Shown here in pieces: positions 52,568 to 54,163 of a stretch of 54,163 bases of DNA (its first letter is position 1; each line of letters begins with the position of its first letter). Below the pieces are notes generated by a model. The model was not told the origin of the DNA. It worked only from the letters and a program-made list of their open reading frames with translations, and did not search any database. Location of the stretch: contig JBPOIM010000029.1 of the NCBI GenBank assembly GCA_052034485.1, forward strand, positions 1 to 54,163, read 5' to 3'. The position numbers were made by a program, and so were the translations under genes. Origin of the DNA: Candidatus Anderseniibacteriota bacterium. Lineage in GTDB: Bacteria > Patescibacteriota > Andersenbacteria > UBA10190.

Positions 52568-54163
52568 TTATGTAAGCACTGCTTTAATTCGTCGAACGCC
52601 AGAAGATGCGGATTCCTCTTTTGTAATAGAGAATTTGCCGAGGGTGCCAGTATGCTCAACGTGTGGACCTCCACATATTTCGCAAGAAAAGTCGCCCATG
52701 GTGTATACGCTGACGGTGTCTCCGTATTTATGTTCAAATAAGCCGAGCGCGCCGCGCTTCTTTGCTTCTTCTACGCTCATCTCTTCCCTGGTTACGGAAA
52801 GGTCGCGTGCTATTTGTTCATTTACGAGATTCTCAACGGCAGCAATTTGTTCTGGAGTCATTTTCTCTGGATGAGAAAAGTCGAATCGCAACCGTTCTGG
52901 GGTAATGTTACTTCCTTTTTGGAGAACGTGCTCACCAAGCACTTCGCGAAGCGCCTTATGGAGCAAGTGCGTTGCAGTGTGGTATTTCACTGACATATCG
53001 GAATGATCAGCCAGCCCACCCTTAAACTTTCCGGCAGATGCAGTGCGAGAGAGCTCTTCGTGCGCTTTTCCCTCTTCTTCAAAAGCTTTCACGTCAACTT
53101 TCTTGCCCTGCTCCTCGGCCATTTCTGTAATTATTTCGATTGGGAAACCGAAAGACCTATACATTAGCGATGCACTAGCTCCACTAACCATTCCAGTCGG
53201 TTCAATTTTGAGTAATAGTTCATTAAACTTTTTAGTGCCTTTCTCTAGTGTGGAGAGGAATTTTTCTTCTTCTTTTGATAGCTCTGCATAGATTCTAGTC
53301 GCCTGCTTTGAAAGATCTGGATAAGCTTTTTGATAAGCAAGTACCACAAAACCTGCCATGTCTGATATGAATGGCTTTTTGATTCCTAGCTTGCTTGCAT
53401 ACCGTACCGCACGGCGGATTAAGCGGCGTACAAAGTATTCCTGATCCTTTTTTCCTGGCACAATTCCATCTCCAATCAAGAATGTGGCAGCGCGAACGTG
53501 GTCGAGGATAACACGGTACGCCTTTGTTGCATCTTCTGAAGAGCTATACGCAACGCCAGAGATTTCCTGGAGCTTGCTCATCATTGGCTGAAATACATCT
53601 ATTTGGAATACATCTGGGTTGTTATTTAGTGCAGCAGTAATGCGTTCGAGTCCTCCACCAAAGTCTACGTTTTTCTGTGGGAGTGGTTCAAAGCCCGTTT
53701 CTGTTTTGCGGTACTGCATAAACACGTTGTTTCCAATTTCAATAAAGCGTCCGCAGTCACAGTTTACGTGGCAAGCAGTATCTTTATATGGAGAGTTTTC
53801 GTGAAGCTGCTTTTCTGCGCCAAAATCCCAAAACATTTCTGTATCTGGCCCACCCGGTTCGCCTACTGGCATATTTGCGGGTACTCCTGCGCGCGACCAC
53901 CAGTTCTTTTGCTCGTCGTATGTAAAGATGCGCCCGCCTTGCATGCCTTCTTGTGCTGCATTGTCGACAACTTTTGCATCTATGCCGGCAGATGCAAACA
54001 TCTTTTGCCACAGCGCCGCGCTTTCGTCGTCTCGAGGAATATTGATATCTGCATTGCCTGCAAATACGGTGACGTACAAGTGTTCAGGGTTGAGCCCGAG
54101 TTCCTTGGTAAGAAACTCAAACATCCATGGGATTTGCTCTTCTTTAAAGTAGTCACCAAGAGA
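52568..54163 (-). CDS. alaS: Alanyl-tRNA synthetase, 5' end outside the window; lacks the C-Ala domain
   Basis: The frame stays open to the window edge (SLGDYFKEEQIPW MFEF...). Catalytic core (..FIEIGNNVFMQY..GGGLERI), editing-site HTATHLLH and CGGPHV. The protein ends 2 aa after GVRRIKAV. Confidence 0.92.
   Translation of the reverse strand, partial: SLGDYFKEEQIPWMFEFLTKELGLNPEHLYVTVFAGNADINIPRDDESAALWQKMFASAGIDAKVVDNAAQEGMQGGRIFTYDEQKNWWSRAGVPANMPVGEPGGPDTEMFWDFGAEKQLHENSPYKDTACHVNCDCGRFIEIGNNVFMQYRKTETGFEPLPQKNVDFGGGLERITAALNNNPDVFQIDVFQPMMSKLQEISGVAYSSSEDATKAYRVILDHVRAATFLIGDGIVPGKKDQEYFVRRLIRRAVRYASKLGIKKPFISDMAGFVVLAYQKAYPDLSKQATRIYAELSKEEEKFLSTLEKGTKKFNELLLKIEPTGMVSGASASLMYRSFGFPIEIITEMAEEQGKKVDVKAFEEEGKAHEELSRTASAGKFKGGLADHSDMSVKYHTATHLLHKALREVLGEHVLQKGSNITPERLRFDFSHPEKMTPEQIAAVENLVNEQIARDLSVTREEMSVEEAKKRGALGLFEHKYGDTVSVYTMGDFSCEICGGPHVEHTGTLGKFSITKEESASSGVRRIKAVLT

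Overview
This is a 54.2-kb, very tightly packed bacterial chromosome segment. It uses the standard genetic code: TGA acts as a stop and RF2 is present. I support about 65 protein genes and 3 tRNAs (Thr-CGT, Gly-CCC, Gln-TTG). I found no rRNA, no CRISPR array, and no recognisable transposase, integrase or phage block.

Content is mostly housekeeping:
- ftsE (partial) and prfB, trxB with a glutaredoxin, xseAB, dnaX and holB.
- ftsQ, serS, lysS and greA, then the mrdA-mreD-mreC-mreB elongasome.
- proS, rseP, frr, secDF and secA-hpf.
- An infA-rpmJ-rpsM-rpsK-rpsD-rpoA-rplQ-rplM-rpsI block, and alaS, which runs off the right edge.
- Two surface-glycosylation loci: GtrA with GT39, and GT4 with a GT39-like gene.

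The organism looks like a small-genome, CPR/Patescibacteria-like bacterium. The clues are aminoacyl-tRNA synthetases (aaRSs) with missing domains, many 1-4 nt gene overlaps, and many membrane-anchored hypotheticals. This is inference only; no search was run. From 21.3 kb to the right edge every gene except one lies on the minus strand.

Best candidates for something new:
1. A convergent two-gene orphan cassette at 38.5-39.4 kb. It is bounded by 29-nt inverted repeats that are themselves near-perfect promoters.
2. A translationally coupled nucleotide-handling block at 35.4-38.5 kb (TIM barrel, NDT-like, membrane-anchored MazG-like fusion, NUDIX, DUF5674-like).
3. A small Cys-rich ORF overlapping a GNAT gene, in its own transcription unit (15.7-16.4 kb).
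4. Orphan genes immediately 3' of each GT-C glycosyltransferase.
5. A recurrent AAGTAGTGC element at the +1 position of several promoters, plus two possible short RNAs.

Two recoding or initiation oddities are directly visible. prfB needs a CTT TGA C +1 frameshift and starts 1 nt after a tRNA. infA has no canonical start codon at the expected position.

All family assignments come from reading motifs by eye. Coordinates were checked against the printed sequence.
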